A program made the position numbers and the translations under genes. The notes under the pieces are model-generated. The model saw only the letters and a list, made by a program, of their open reading frames with translations. It was not told the DNA's origin and did not search any database. A stretch of DNA of 64,000 bases. Origin: Squalus acanthias. Taxonomy: Eukaryota. The DNA lies in NCBI GenBank assembly GCA_030390025.1, contig CM059433.1, forward strand, positions 13,890,001-13,954,000. Reading direction: 5' to 3'. The stretch's first letter is position 1. Each line of letters opens with the position of its first letter. Positions 13,996 through 28,210 of this stretch are shown one piece after another.

Positions 13996-15069
13996 CTGCA
14001 GTCTAGTAATATATCAGTTTATGGTAATGATAGAAACTAGTGAGAGGACGTGGAAACCTAACTTCAATTGCATCAGCTTATAATTATAAAAATATGTTTT
14101 GGAGGTCTGAAATAAAGATTTAAGACTCTGACCCAGTTTATCCAAATTTATTTGGGATGGTGAGTCTGGATCGACATTCACTCCTAATTCTAACATTCAC
14201 AAAATCAAATGACCTAGAAAACCACTTAAGGTCTAGATTTACTCATTAATTAGCCAAGGGAACTGTCATTTCATCTTCAGACCAGATTCATCTTCATCTC
14301 AGGAAAACAAGACATGTGGACAGCAAGGAGGATAGGGTCATCATTCACGATAAATTAGAACTAACATCATTTCAACACTTCCATGCTCTGCCACTGTAAA
14401 CCACTGATATCCTCTGATATACTGCACCGTCCAATACTCTGCTTCTTACAAGCCTATTTAGGTTAGTGTTAGATTGTATGGCTGAGTATGGAAAATAAAA
14501 AGTGCAGTTTATTTTGCTTCAGAAACCTCTTTGCAGTAACAAAAAAAAAAGCAATCTGGAGGGAAGAGGCGTGGCACGTGATTACCTCCCAGAGAGGTTC
14601 GACACTTAATGGAGTATAGCTACAGTGAGATGACAAAGCTGCAGTGCTGAGAGCCTGCACATTTATAACCTTGCCTAGAGTCTCAAACATTATGGAACTT
14701 TGGGCACTCCCTCCGCATTCTTCAAATATTTAAAAATTACCACCAGGAAGAGGAGCTTGGTGCAGGCAAAGAAACAGTGCTCTCTCCTGGTCCTGAGAGA
14801 GCAATTCATTGCCAAGCATTATATACAAGGTACTGCCAGCCTGGAGTCAAATGTATAGCTACCAGTCTCAGAGTACTCGTACAAAAACAAAACAAAATCC
14901 TATATTGCACAACTATACAAATTCTATTATAAACCTCTCATACTATTTTTTTCCATAGTTCTAATTATAGCCTCATTAATGTGGAGAAGGGAGATCAAAA
15001 CTTGGTAAGAACTGCTTTCCTATTTCCCTTGAAGTTAGGTTAAGTACTGACTTTACTCCACCCATATAA

Positions 15070-15490
15070 ACTCAAGAAGCTCAACACCATCCAGGACAGA
15101 GCAGTCAGCTTGATTGGCACCAGATTAAACATCCACTTCCTCCATCACCCGCACTCCGTGGCCTCACTGTGTACTATCTACATGATGCACTGCAGCAACT
15201 TGGCAAGGCTTCTTCGGCTGCACGTCCCAAACCCACAACCTCCACCACCTGGAAGAGCAAGGCAGCAGGCGCATGGGAACACCATCACCTCCATGTTCCC
15301 CTCCAAGTCACATACCATCTCAATTGGACGTGTATCACCATTCCTTCACTGTCTCTGGGTCATTGTCCTGGAACTCTCTTGACCACAAAGACTGCAGCAG
15401 GTCAAGAAGAAGGCCCAGCACCACCTATTTAAAGGCAATAAAATGCCGGAATTGCCAGCAATATCCACATTCCGAGATTGAATTTTTAAA
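15070..15490 (+). mobile_element. LINE 3' fragment, same family as 1228-1678
   Basis: SVASLCTIYMMHCSNLARLL and a matching 3' UTR. Confidence 0.8.
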
Positions 15491-16422
15491 AAATCCTTCA
15501 ATGAACACATTTAAGGCAGATTCTATAAAGCTCTGTTGTCACCATTAAGATATATTAATGCGAAGGTCATTCAAAGAGGTTTTGTTTTCTAATGCAAAAG
15601 AAAGCAATTTATTATATCTGCTATTATGGCATTAAATTAAAACCCGATTAGATCATATTACTCAATATCAGAAATGTAAAAATTCCCATTTTGTCTCTAT
15701 CTATGATGGTGCAACATGAGGACAATATCCACATGATTACATATTGCTGCATATCACAATTTTAATCGGTCTCAATGATGCAATTTTATCAGGATTTCAC
15801 TATCAGGTCATTATCACACCGGGCTGTTGCAGATGAGATTTTGTAGCAACTATTTGCTCTGGTAATAGCTCAGGGTATCACAAAGGGTCTCATGGATCTT
15901 GTTAATCACCATACTGACAGGCACAAAACACAAATGAAACAGCAAGATCACGTTACAGCCTTTAATTAGTTTTGCATGAAATTCCTTTACTATTTTAACG
16001 AAGGCGTTAGCCTGTTGAGTGAGTTGATGCCTTCAAACAGTGGATAAAAGAATTCCATACAAACAGGTTAACACGTCAACTCACGTCAACTGATGATGTA
16101 GAGAGTGGAGCTGCCTTGTCTAAAATATAGGACTAAATGATATCCTTTTCTTTAAAATGCACGTGTGCAGGTGATCATGCTGCATACATACACGGAAGAC
16201 ATGTTCCTATTATTTTTACATTAAGAGGTGAGAACTGCCAGGAGCAACATGTGCTGCATCCAATAGTTGGTATGAGAATGAGTCAGCTGGTATGGGAGAC
16301 TCAGTCGCCAGCCCACCAATTTCAATTGAAATGCACCCAAACCAAGGGTAGCTCAGTTGAAGAGTTAGCACTGGCACAGGTACAGGCAAGGTGGAGCAAA
16401 TGGTTTCCTTGTGAGATATAAT

Positions 16423-17286
16423 TGCCGGAATTTTGCCGGTCCTCAGAGTGTGGGTTTGGAGGCGGGACCGCTGTCAAAATCGCAAAGATTGACAGCGAGT
16501 AGGAAACCCGCTGTCAACCCGCCTCCAATCAATCTTCCCCCGATTTGCGCATGGACCCGACACCTAACGGCGGGAAGAGGATTAAAGCCACTTACCTGCC
16601 TGTTAACAGGTACTTGATAGTTGTTAACAGGCTCTTTTTCAATTTTGCCGCTTCTGCCTCAGGCTTCCCGACGTCCGGACACCACACCAGGTAAGTGTGG
16701 CGTGTTGTGAGTCTGCTGTAGTGTTTCTGCATTGATGACAGCTGCAGAAGTGGTGTGAAGGATCCAATGGTGCACTGGTGAGTTTCAGAGGTAAGAAAAT
16801 GTTGGGAAATGCATTTTTAATGCATTTACACTTTTCTGTAGGTAACACGTTTTGAATTGGCTGTCTAGTGCCACCTCATTGGGAGAACCTCTCTCACCAG
16901 TGACAGATCGCTTCTGTAACCTCACCTGCAACTGCCATCTGTTCTAGCCTATGGAGGGAGTCATTGGAGAGCCAGGGTGCAAGAGCTCACCTTTGTACAG
17001 TGATTGTCAGTGTTTGCAGCACCTCAATGCTGTCAAACACTGAGAAATCAGCTGTCAAAAAAAAATTGTGCGTGGTCCCTTTAAGAAAACCTGGCAGATG
17101 ACGCGTCATCAAATTACGTCATCTGACCGGCTTCCTCTTAATTGGCCGGCAAGCCCGCAGGGCGGGCTTAACAAGGCCAATCAAGGGAAAATCACGTCCC
17201 TGGTCCGGATGCAGTTGGGGGCGGGACTGGAACCCGGAAACCTGCTGACTCGCTCCCAAGCCGCATCCTTTTACAAAATTGCGGCC
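16423..17286. mobile_element. Harbinger-type MITE related to 8284-9127
   Basis: Imperfect TIR; TSD AAT; shared GGCTTAACAAGG.CAATCAAGGGAAAAT block. Confidence 0.72.
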
Positions 17287-17832
17287 AATATCTATGATTC
17301 TATGAGATCATCCGGAGGCCGATCTCTCAGGTAGGTCAGCAATAGATTGGCACAGGCTTAGAATCTGATGATTTGCAGCAGCAACCAGCGGTCAGCTTTA
17401 GGAATGAATGCAACCTTTATTTGCCATTACAACTGCAGTATTAGTTGTCACTCTTCAGACTGATTGCCATAGATGGTTGCTGAAAGGAACAATTGGTTGA
17501 GGTATTAGTGACAAAAACATTCCAAATGCTGCATTTCTATGACCAACAAAACAAGGCACAGAGGATTTTTATGTGTAAAATCTATTTAGTGGTCCTGTTG
17601 CTCTAATAGATCAGCCAGATTTCAGCGTCCGTGGCAGGGATGCTACAATGGCATTCTCCACCCCTCCAAACCCATTGCACAGCTAATCCCCAGTTGCTTG
17701 CTAATAAGTGAAACAGGTCACAGATACGACGGAACAATGGTGAACTCTGACTACTATTGACCAGGATGATCTCTAAATACCACTGAGTTTGGCCATTTGA
17801 AGACACACTAGTCTAAAAAAAACAAGGTTTAA

Positions 17833-18498
17833 GGGGCAAAAATTGGGTGGCGCTCCCTTTGGGGCGTTAACTTCGCCGGGGTGCTACTTTTAGCGCCCCA
17901 AAAATGTTAGCACCCCCACGCCCGAAATTCGATGGTAGCGCCCCAAGCAGGAGGCGGGGCGCTACTGGAAGCGCTTCCCCTCCCTCTTGGGGCGCTCCAG
18001 CCCAATATCACGGCGCTATGTACCGCAGCGCCACGTGCACCAGCACGTCACGCCGCGGTATTGCAGGCCTCCCTCCCCTTATTAAAGGGGAGGGGCCTTG
18101 CGCAGCGCATACTGGGGCCCAGCTGGGCCAGCAGTGAGCGGGGTACTGGCAAAAGAGCCCAGCACTCAAGAGCAGTGCCTGGCTGCCCGATCGCGGCCAT
18201 CACTCAACGGGGGAACGGCAGAGGGGGCGGGTGCTGGCAGGCGGCCAGCAAAAAAATTGGCCGCCCGGCCCCTCCCCTTTGAATATCGCCGCCTCGGCCG
18301 CACGTACGCCCCCTCTGACCCTGTCGGACATAGCGTCCGGCGGTACATCAGGGGACGCAACCGAAGTTTGCGGCCGTGGTGCGAGCGGGGCGCTGCGCAC
18401 AGCGATGACGTAATCGCCGGAGGCGCAGCGCAGCGGAGCGCTACTGCCGCCGCTAACCTCCCGCTGACAGGAGGCGCAAAGCAACAGAATTTTGTCCC
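17833..18498. mobile_element. GC-rich MITE, family B (opposite orientation)
   Basis: GGGGCAAAAATT...AATTTTGTCCC; canonical TAA TSD. Confidence 0.82.
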
Positions 18499-19603
18499 TA
18501 AATGTTTTCCTCAACAAAAATAGTCCTGCTGTTTTAAAGCATGTTTGGCTCTCATTTCTAATCACGTAAATGTAAGCAATAGACTGTAAATATTGACGTT
18601 ATAATAAAGCTTCATAGTTCTTAACACAAGCTCTATATATTTTTATTAAGGTGTTCTATGTTCAGTTCTCTAATATATGCGGGTAGAACAAATGAAGAAC
18701 AGAGACACCAGTTGTTAGTTCATGTGCTTGCTTTACTAGGCCAGAACGAACTGAGCATGCTCGCACTAAACCATGTGACAAACTATGTGATAATACATTA
18801 CACTGCTTGCCCCTTAAAAAAATGTATATATCAAATACAACAAAACGATGGTCCCACCTTTCCCAGCATTACATGTACCACATAACAAAAACTGGCTTTT
18901 TTTCTTTAAATCAACTACAAATAAACTACAAATCCAGTTTCATAGCAGGTTTTCGGAAACTTCCTGATCTCCTTACAAAAAGTTTTGGTGTTGAACCAAT
19001 TTTTGGGCTGTTCTGTTCTGGTTCCGAACTCAAAGAAGTAGGTATCACCACTCTGTTTCCCCACTTGATACAACCTCACTCACAAGACAATTCAGTACGA
19101 TGGTTATGGAATGGTTTCAACTCTGTGTCCAGACACTGATCGGTCCATCCATTCAAGGTGTTTTCATACACTCTTTTCAGTACTGAGTCCTTTTGAGTCT
19201 CAGTTGCATTCACGGGAAAGTCTTTGTCAACTGCACCTAGCGTGAAAATCTCACCTTCATTCCCAACACATGCGTCTTCATGTGGCAACCTGGACAAGGC
19301 ACCTGTGATTGCGTTTAGCTTTGTAGTGCGATATTCAATCATGTAGTCATATTGTGACAACAACACTGCCCAACGTTGCATTCTTGATGCGACGATTGCA
19401 GGGATGGCCCCAATATTGCTAGGAGCAGTTTGTGATCGGTTATCAGGGTAAACTTTCTGCTGAACAGGAATTGTTGGAATTTCTTGACTATGGCGAGCGC
19501 TTCCTTTTCAATTTGCACGTAGTTTCTTTCGCTCTTTGTGAGCGTTTGCAATGCGAATGCAATTGATTTCTCTTGGCCGTCATTCATTACATGGCTTAAG
19601 CAC

Positions 19604-22600
19604 ATAAGAACATAAGAACATAAGAAATAGGAGCAGGAGTCGGCCATTTGGCTCTTCGAGCCTGCTCCGCCATTCAATAAGATCATGGCTGATCTTCTAC
19701 CTCATCTCCACTTTCCTGCACTATTCCCATATCCCTTGATTATCTTAATATTCAAAATCTATCAATCTCTGTCTTGAATATACTCAACGACTGAGTCTCC
19801 ACAGCCCTCTGGGGTAGAGAATTCCAAAGATTCACCACCCTCTGAGTAAAGAAATTTCTCCTCATCTCAGTCCTAAATGGCCGACCCCTTATTCTGAGAC
19901 TGTGACCCCTGGTTCTAGACTCCCCAGTCAGGGGAAACATCCTCCCTGCATCTACCCTGTCAAGCCCTGTAAGAATTTTGTATCTTTCAATGAGATCACC
20001 TTTCATTCTTCTAAACTCTAGAGAATATAAGCCCAGTCTACTCAATCTCTCCTCATAGGACAATCCCCCCATCCCAGGAATCAGTCTGGTGAACCTTCGC
20101 TGCACTCCCTCTATGGCAAGTATATCCTTCCTTAGATAAGGAGACCAAAACTGTACACAATACTCCAGGTGTGGTCTCACCAGGGCTCTATATAATTGCA
20201 GTAAGATGTCTTTACTCTTATACTCAAATCCTCTTACATATCATTTGCTTTCCTAATTGCTTGCTGTATCTGCATGTTAACTTTCAGTGATTCGTGTACA
20301 AGGACACCCAGGTCCCTCTGAACACCAACATTTCCCAATCTCTCACCATTTAAAAAATACTCTGCTTTTCTATTTTTCCTACCAAAGTGGATAACTTCAC
20401 ATTTCTCCACATTATATTCCATTTGCCATGTTCTTGTCCACTCACTTAGCTTGTCTGTATCCCCTTGAAGCCTCTTTGCATCCTCCTCACAACTTACATT
20501 CCCACCCAGCTTTGTATCATCAGCAAACTTTGATATATTACATTTGGTCCCCTCATCCAAATCATTGATGTAGATTGTGAATAGCTGAGGCCCAAGCACT
20601 GATCCATTTTCCCCACTAGTTATAGCCTGCTAACCCGAAAATGACCTGTTTATTCCTACTCTCTGTTTTCTGTCCATTAACCAATCGTCAATCCATGCTA
20701 GTATATTACCCCCAATCCCATGAGCCCTAATTTTTTTAATAACCTCTTGTGTGGCACCTTATCGAATGCCTTCTGAAAATCCAAATACACCACATCCACT
20801 GGTTCCCCCTTATCTATTCTGCAAGTTACAACCTCAAAATATGGTAACAGATTTATCAAACACGATTTCCCTTTCATAAATCCGTGCTGACTCTTGCCCA
20901 ATCCTATTATTATTTTGTAAGTGTCCTGTTACCACTTCCTTAATAATAGATTCTAGCATTTTCCCTACTACTGATGTCAGGCTAACTGGTCTGTAGTTCC
21001 CCATTTTCTCTCTCCCTCCTTTCTTAAATAGTGGGGTTACATTTGCTCCCTTCCAATCTGCGGGAACCAGTTCTAGAATCTTTGGAATTTTGGAAAATGA
21101 CAGCCAATGCATCCACTATCTCTATGGCCACCTCTTTCAAAACCTTCGGATGTAGGCCAGAGGACATTTCAGCTTTCAGTCCCATTAATTTCTACAGTAC
21201 TTTTTTTTACTGAAACTAATTTCTTTCAGTTCATCATTCTCGCTAGAGCCTTGGTTGTCCGCTATTTCCGGTAAGTTTTTTGCACCTTCTTCTGTGAAGA
21301 CAGACACATTTGTTTAATTTCTCTGCCATTTCCTTATTCCCCATTATAATTTCTCCTGTCGCAGCCTGGAAGGGACCCACGTTTACTTTTGCTAATCTTT
21401 TTCTTTTTACATACCTATAGAAGCTTTTACAGTCTGTTTTTATGTCTCTCGCTAATTTACTCTCATATTCTATTTTCCCTTTCTTTATCAATTTCTTGGT
21501 CCTCCTTTACTGAATTCTAAAATCCTCCCAATCCTCAGGCTTACTACTCTTTTTGGCAACATTATAAGAACATAAGAAATAGGAGCAGGAATAGGCCACT
21601 TGGCCCCTCGAGCCTGCTCCGCCATTCAATAAGATCATGGCTGATCTTGGGCTCAAAGCTCCCTATAACCCTTCACACCCTTATCTTGCAAAAATCTGTC
21701 TATCTCCACCTTAAATGTATTTAATGACCCAACCTCCACGGCTCCCTGGGGCAGAGAATTCCACAGATTTACGACCCTCTGAGAGAAGAAATTCCTCCTC
21801 ATCTCAGTTCTAAAAGGGCGACCCTTTATTTTGATTATATGCCCGAGTTCTAGATTTCCCCACGAGGGGAAACATCCTCTCTGCATCTACCTTGTCGAGC
21901 CCCCTCAGTATCTTATATGTTTCAATAAGATCACCTCTCATTCTTCTAAATTCCAATGAGTATAGGCCCAACCTGCACAACCTTTCTTCATAAGTCAACC
22001 CCCTCATCTCAGGAATTAACCTAGTGAATCGTCTCTGAACTGCCTCCAATGCAAGTATATCCTTCCTTAAATAAGGAGACCAAAACTGTACGCAGTACTC
22101 AAGGTGTGGTCTCACCAATACCCCGTACAGTTGTAGCAGGACTTCCCTGCTTTTATACTCCAACCCCCTTGCAATAAAGGCCAACATTCCATTTGCCTTT
22201 TTGATTACTTGCTGTACCTGCATGCTAACTTTTTGTGTTTCATGCACAAGGATCCCCAAGTCCCTCTGAACTGTAGCATTTTGTAATCTCTCTCCATTTA
22301 TCTTATGCAGTAACCTTTTATGTGGCACCTTATCGAATGCCTTCTGGGAATCCAAATACACCACATCCACTGGCTCACCTTTGTCCACCCTACTCGTTAC
22401 ATCCTCAAAGAACTCCAGCAAATTTGTTAAACATGATTTCCCTTTCATAAAACCATGCTGACTCTGCTTGACTGCATTATGAATATTCCAAATGCCCTGC
22501 TACTGCTTCCTTAATGAAGGACTCCAGCATTTTCCCAACGACAGATGTTAGGCTAACTGATCTATAGTTTCCTGCTTTCTGTCTCCCTTCTTTCTTAAAT

Positions 22601-24705
22601 AGGGGTGTTACATTTGTGGTTTTCCAATCGTTGGGACCTCTCCAGAGTCCAGGGAATTTTGGTATATTGCAACCAATGCATCCACTATCTCTGCAGCCAC
22701 TTCTTTTAAGACCCTGGGATGCAGGCCATCTGGTCCAGGGGACTTGTCGTCTTTTAGTCCCATTATTTTACCAAGTACTTTTTCCTTAGTGATAGTGTTT
22801 GTCTTTAGTTCCCCCCTCCCTGTGGCCCCTTGATTATCCATTATTGGGATGTTGTTAGTGTCTTCTACAGTGAAGACAGATGCAAAATATTTGTTCAGAG
22901 TCTTTCCCCGTTCCCCATTATTAATTCCCCAGTCTCATCCTCTAAGGGACCAACGTTTACTTTAGCTACTCTCTTCCTTTTTATATACCTGTAGAAGCTC
23001 TTACTATCTGTTTTAATATTTCTTGCCAGATTACTCTCATAATTCATCCTCGCTCTATTTATTATTTTTTTAGTCATCCTTTGCTGGTTTTAAAAATGTC
23101 CCAATCCTCTGGCCTCCCACCAATCTTGGCAACATTGTATGCCTTCGTTTTCAATTTGATACCATCTTTTACTTCCTCAGTTAGCCACGGATGGTGCTCC
23201 CTTCTCTTAAAATCTTTCTTTCTTACTGGAATATATTTTTGTTGAGAATTATGAAATATCTCCTTAAATGTCCGCCATTGCATTTCAACTGTCTTACCCT
23301 TTAATTTATTTTTCCAGTCCAATTTAGCCAGTTCTGCCCTCATGCCATTGTAATTGCCTTTGTTTAAGATCAGGACATTGGTTTGAGATATAACCTTCTC
23401 ACCCTCCAACTGAATTTGAAATTCAACCATGCTATGATCATTCTTTCCTAGAGGATCCTTTGCTATGAGATCATTTATTAATTCTATCTCATTACACAGT
23501 ACCAGATCCAAGATAGCCTGCTCCCTGGTTGGTTCCATCACATACTTTTCTATGAAACCATCCCGGATACACTCTATGAATTCCTCCTCAAGGCTACCAT
23601 GGCCAATTTGATTTGTCCAATCAATATGGAGATTAAAATCACCCATGGTTATTACCATACCTTTTTTTTTACAGGCCTCCATTATTTGTTGATTTATACT
23701 CTGTCCAACAGTATTGCTACTGTTCGGGGGCCTGTAGACTATGCTCACCAGAGACTTTTTCCCCTTATTATTTTTTATCTCCTCCCAAACCGATTCTACA
23801 TCTTGATGTTCTGAGCCAATATCACTTCTCACCACTGCACTGATCCCATCTTTTACCAACAAAGCCACCCCACCTCCCTTTCCTTTCTGTCTATCCTTCC
23901 GAATTGTCAAATACCCTCTTTGATCCACTTTAAGCCTCTTCCTTTGATCGAATACTATCTTTAACTTCTCTTGTTATCCATGGTTGGACCACTTTTCCTG
24001 TGGGGTTTTTGTGCCTTAAAGAAATGTATATTTGTTATAAATTATGCATTAATTCTTTAAATGCTAGCCATTGCTTCTCTACCATCATACCTTTTAATGT
24101 AGTTTCCCAATCTACCTTAGCCAACTCGCCCCTCATACCTACATAGTTTGCTTTGTTTAGATTTAAGACCCTCGTTTTGGATTTAACTAAATCACTTCAA
24201 ATTCAATATAAAATTCTATCATATTATGGTCACTCTTCCCTAAAGGCCCCTTTACTATAGGGTTATTAAGTAACCCTTTCTCATTGCACAATACTAGATC
24301 TAAAATAGCCTGTTCCCTAGTTGGTTCCTCAACATACTGATCTAGAAATCTATCTTGCATACATTCCATGAATTCGTCCTCCACACTATTACTGCAAATT
24401 TGGTTTGGCCAGTCTATGTGTAGATTAAAGTCCCCCATGATTATTGTATTACCCTTGTTATATGCACCTCTAATTTCCTGATTTATACTCTGCCCTAAAT
24501 TATAACTGCTGTTTGGGGGCCTATAAACAACTCCCATCAATGTTTTCTGCCCCTTGCTGTTTCTTAGCTCCACCCAAACTGATTCTACTTCTTGATTTTC
24601 AGAGCTAAGATCCTTTCTCTCTACTGTCTTTATCCCATCCTTTATTATCAGGGCTATCCCTCCTCCTTTTCCATTTTGTCTATCTCTTCTAAAAGTTAAT
24701 ATCCT
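19604..24705 (-). mobile_element. CR1 LINE (ORF2 endonuclease + RT, decayed) inserted in the Gypsy; itself split by a second CR1
   Basis: GDFN and SDH endonuclease motifs; QHGF, DFQKAFDKVPH, KFADD, RPHLEYCVQFW; (TTCTTATG)n tail at 19604-19627. Confidence 0.93.
21563..23925 (-). mobile_element. Inner CR1 LINE nested in the outer CR1, with an internal deletion near 22300
   Basis: Own 3' tail at 21563. Endonuclease ORF 23074-23928. RT ORF 21810-22448 jumps from RLLHKI to NGERLQN, lacking the FADD region. Confidence 0.92.
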
Positions 24706-27700
24706 TATGACAGCTCCCACACCATAGCTAGAAGCATCACATGCTAACTTAAGCTCATGCTCTGTGTCGTAGTGCACAAGTACAGCATCGCTAGAGAGAC
24801 TTCTCTTACAAGCGTCATAAGCTTCCTGTTGCACTTTCGTCCACTTCCACTGGACATCCTTCTTGAGAAGCTCATGCAATGGAGCTAACATGGTCGCTAA
24901 CTCAGGTAAGAAGCGTACATAGTACTGGACCATTCCAAGGAAAGATCTTAACTCAGACACGTTCTGTGGCTTTGGAGCATTGATGACAGCATCAACCTTT
25001 TCCTTCACTGGTTGCAATCCATTTGCATCAACTTTCAGACCAAGGTACATAACCTCAGGCTGCACAAAAGCACATTTGCTCCTTTTCAATTTGACATTGT
25101 GGGAATTCAACCTTTGAGGCACTGAATCTAACAGTTCAAGATTTTCTTCCTCACTGCTTGTTGCGATCAGCACATCATCTTGATTGCATAAGCAATTTGG
25201 AACTCCTTGCAAAATCTTATCCATCGTAGCCTGGAAGATTTTGGGAGAGGACTTTACACCATACGGCAGCTTGGTGTAGGAGTACAGTCCCTTGTGTGTG
25301 TTGATAGTGAGATACTGTTGACTCTCGTTGTCAACATTCAGCTGAGCATAAGTGTGTGACAGGTGAAGCTTGGAGAAAACCTTGGACCCAGAGAGTGCTG
25401 CATACAAACCTTGTGATGTAGGTAACGGGTACTGCTCATCATGAACTGCTTGGTTGATAGTAACTTTGTAGTCACCGCACAAGCGTACAGTTTTGTCTGC
25501 TTTGGGCACTACCACAATCGGGGTAGCCCATTCACTTTTGTCAGTTTTTACTAGCACTCCGTTCTCTCTCAGCTTCACTAGCTCTTCCTCCACCTGACTT
25601 TTCAACGCATAGGGGACCGGCCTTGCCTTATAATAGACAAGCTTCGCGTTGGACTTGATGCGGATATGCGCGTCATACCCAGTGATGCCCTCATTAACTG
25701 TCTGAGAACATGCTTTTATACTTGCTCAGCACTGTGTTGAGTCGCTTCTTTGAAGCATCTACACTGAAGATGTTTTTCTAGTCTAGTTTTAACTTTCTCA
25801 ACCAGTCTTTGCCCATGAGAGTTGGCCTGTTGTTGTAGCTCACTACAATAATCGGCAGCTTTACTGACTGGCCACTGTGTTGAACTATACATTCCATTTA
25901 TTCACATGTCTCGGGGATTTCTCCGGAGTAGGTTTTTAACTCTACGGTACTCTTTGTAAGTGGTATTTGATTAAACTTACTCTCATATGTGTCCTTAATC
26001 ATGATAGAGCAGTCCACCAGGTTTTGTTCGGAGCAAGGGCAAGCTCAATGGGCCTGTCATTTTATTATAATTTTAAAATCAATCTAGCCATAAATATGTG
26101 AATTACAAACAGTAACATTGATCTACACCAAGACCAAGCACTCTTTCTAAAGCCCCAGGAAATAATGTCTTGAGTTGTGTCCTTGAACAATAAAACATGA
26201 TAATAATGTGTTCATATTGCTTGATGTATCAGATTGCCCTATTGGGAATGCTTAAACAAGAATATATATTAATATGCACCCACTCAGAATTTTTTTATTA
26301 TTAGAATCATCCAGCACAGAGGAGGTCATTCAGCCCATTGTGCCTGTGCTGGCTCTTTGGTAGAGCTATCCAATTACAGTAGTCCCACTCCCCTGCTCCT
26401 TTCCCACTGCCCTGTAATTTATTTTCCCTTCAAGTAGTTATCCAATTCCGTTTTGAATGTTACTAGTAAATCTGCTCCCACCACCTTTTCAGCCAGTACA
26501 TTCGTGATAACTGTGTAAAAAAAAAAGTTTCCTCATGTCGCCTCTGGTTCTTTTGTCAATCACCTTAAATCTGTGTCCTCTGGTTACCGACCTTTCTGTG
26601 ACTGGAACAGTTTCTGCTTATTTACTCTATCAAAACCATTCATGTTTTTGAACACCTCTATCAAATCTCCCTTTCACCGTCTCTGCTCTAAGGAGAAAAT
26701 CGACAGCTTCTCCAGTCTCTCCACATAACTGAAGTCCCTCATCCCTGATACCATTCTAGTAAATCTCCTCTGCACCCTCTCCAAGGCCTCGACATCCTTC
26801 CAAAAGTGCGGTGCCCAGAACTGAACACAATACTCCAGCTGGGGCCTAACCAGTGTTTTATAAAAGTTTTTAGCATGATTTCCTTGCTTTTGTACTTCCT
26901 CTATTAATAAAGCCAAGGATCCCGTATGCTTTTTAACAGTCTTCTCAACTTGTCTTCCTACCTTCAAAGATCTGTGTACATACACCCCCAGGTCTCACTG
27001 TTCCTGCACCCACTTTAAAATTGTACCATTTAGTGCATATTGCCTCTCCTTATTCTTCCTACCAAAATGTATCATTTCAAACTTCTCTGCATTAAATTTC
27101 ATCTGCAATGTGTCTGCCCATTTCACCATTCTGTCTATATCCTCCTGAAGTCTGTTACTATCCTCCTCATTGTTTACTACATTTCCGGGTTTCATGTCAT
27201 CTGTAAACTTTGAAATTATGCCCTGTATACCCAAGTCCAGGTCATTAATATATATCAAAAAGAGCAGTGGTCCTAATACCTACCTCTGGGGTACACCACC
27301 GTATATTTCCCTCCAGTCTGAAAAACAACTGTTCACCACTACTCTCTGCTTTCTGTCCCTTAGACAATTTTGTATCCATGCTGCCACTGTCCATTTAATC
27401 CTATGGGCTTTAATTTTGCTAAGAAGTCTATTATGTGGTACTTTGTCAAATGCCTTTTGAAAGTCCATATACACAACATCAACCGCACTGCATCAACCCT
27501 CTCCATTACTTCATCAAAGAACTCGATCAAGTTAGTCAAACATGATCTGCCTTTAACAAATCCATGCTAACTTTCATTTATTAGCCCATATTTTTCCAAA
27601 TGCCAATTAATTTTGTCCTGGATTATTGTTTCTAAAAGTTTCCCCACCAGTGACGTGAGGCTGACTGTCCAGGTTGCCAGGTTTATCCCTCTCTCCCCTT

Positions 27701-27983
27701 TTCAACAGGGTGCAACATTTGCAATCCTCCAGTGCTCTGGCACCATCCCAATATCCAAGGAGGACTGGAAGATTGTGCCCAGAGCTTCTGCAATTTCCAC
27801 CCTTACTTCCCTCAGTAATCTAGGATGCATCCCATCCGCACCAGGTGACTTTTTCACTTGAAGGACTGCCAACCTTTTAAGAACATCCTCTTTATCTATT
27901 TTTATCCTATCCAATATTGCTACTGCCTCCTCCTTTACTGCTAATTTGGCAGCATCTCTTCTCTGGTGAAGACAGATGCAAAG

Positions 27984-28210
27984 TGATGTAAGAAAACTAC
28001 TAGGCACTTGGTCTAAGCGTTAAACAAAGCTTTAATCAATTGTTTTTCAACATGGAGATCTAGTTGTCCTTCGCTAGTTCCTGTTAAAGAATGTCCTGAG
28101 CAAGCTGGGCCCATGCCCGAGTATTTATACTCTCCCTGGACAGCGCCACCAGCAGGCCACCCAGTATTATTTCATAAGTCATTTCCACATGAATGACAAG
28201 ATTCATGTCA
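27984..28210 (-). mobile_element. Solo LTR (227 bp)
   Basis: TG...CA ends and 5-bp TSD CAAAG (27979-27983, 28211-28215) interrupting contiguous CR1 sequence. Shares AAGCTTTAATCAA and AGTATTTAT motifs with the LTRs at 44010 and 48258. Confidence 0.85.

Larger units (their letters stand above)
18669..26020 (-). mobile_element. Older, rearranged Gypsy LTR element (5'-truncated, integrase core deleted, split by CR1 insertions)
   Basis: Protease/RT/RNase H at ~24706-26020 (SEWATPIV, RLCGDYK, LPYG, LACDAS). RNase H resumes at 19600 ([28 protein letters not shown]). The sequence jumps from WGNRVVIP to the C-terminal RRSG..KP..LDL*. PPT-like AAGGGGCAAGCAG, then a ~134-bp 3' LTR (18669-18802). Confidence 0.88.

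Noticed and set aside
17904..18565. Overlapping ORFs in GC-rich segments (also 2814-3197, 42196-42493, 58356-58908)
   Set aside because: By-products of stop-poor, GC-rich MITE sequence.
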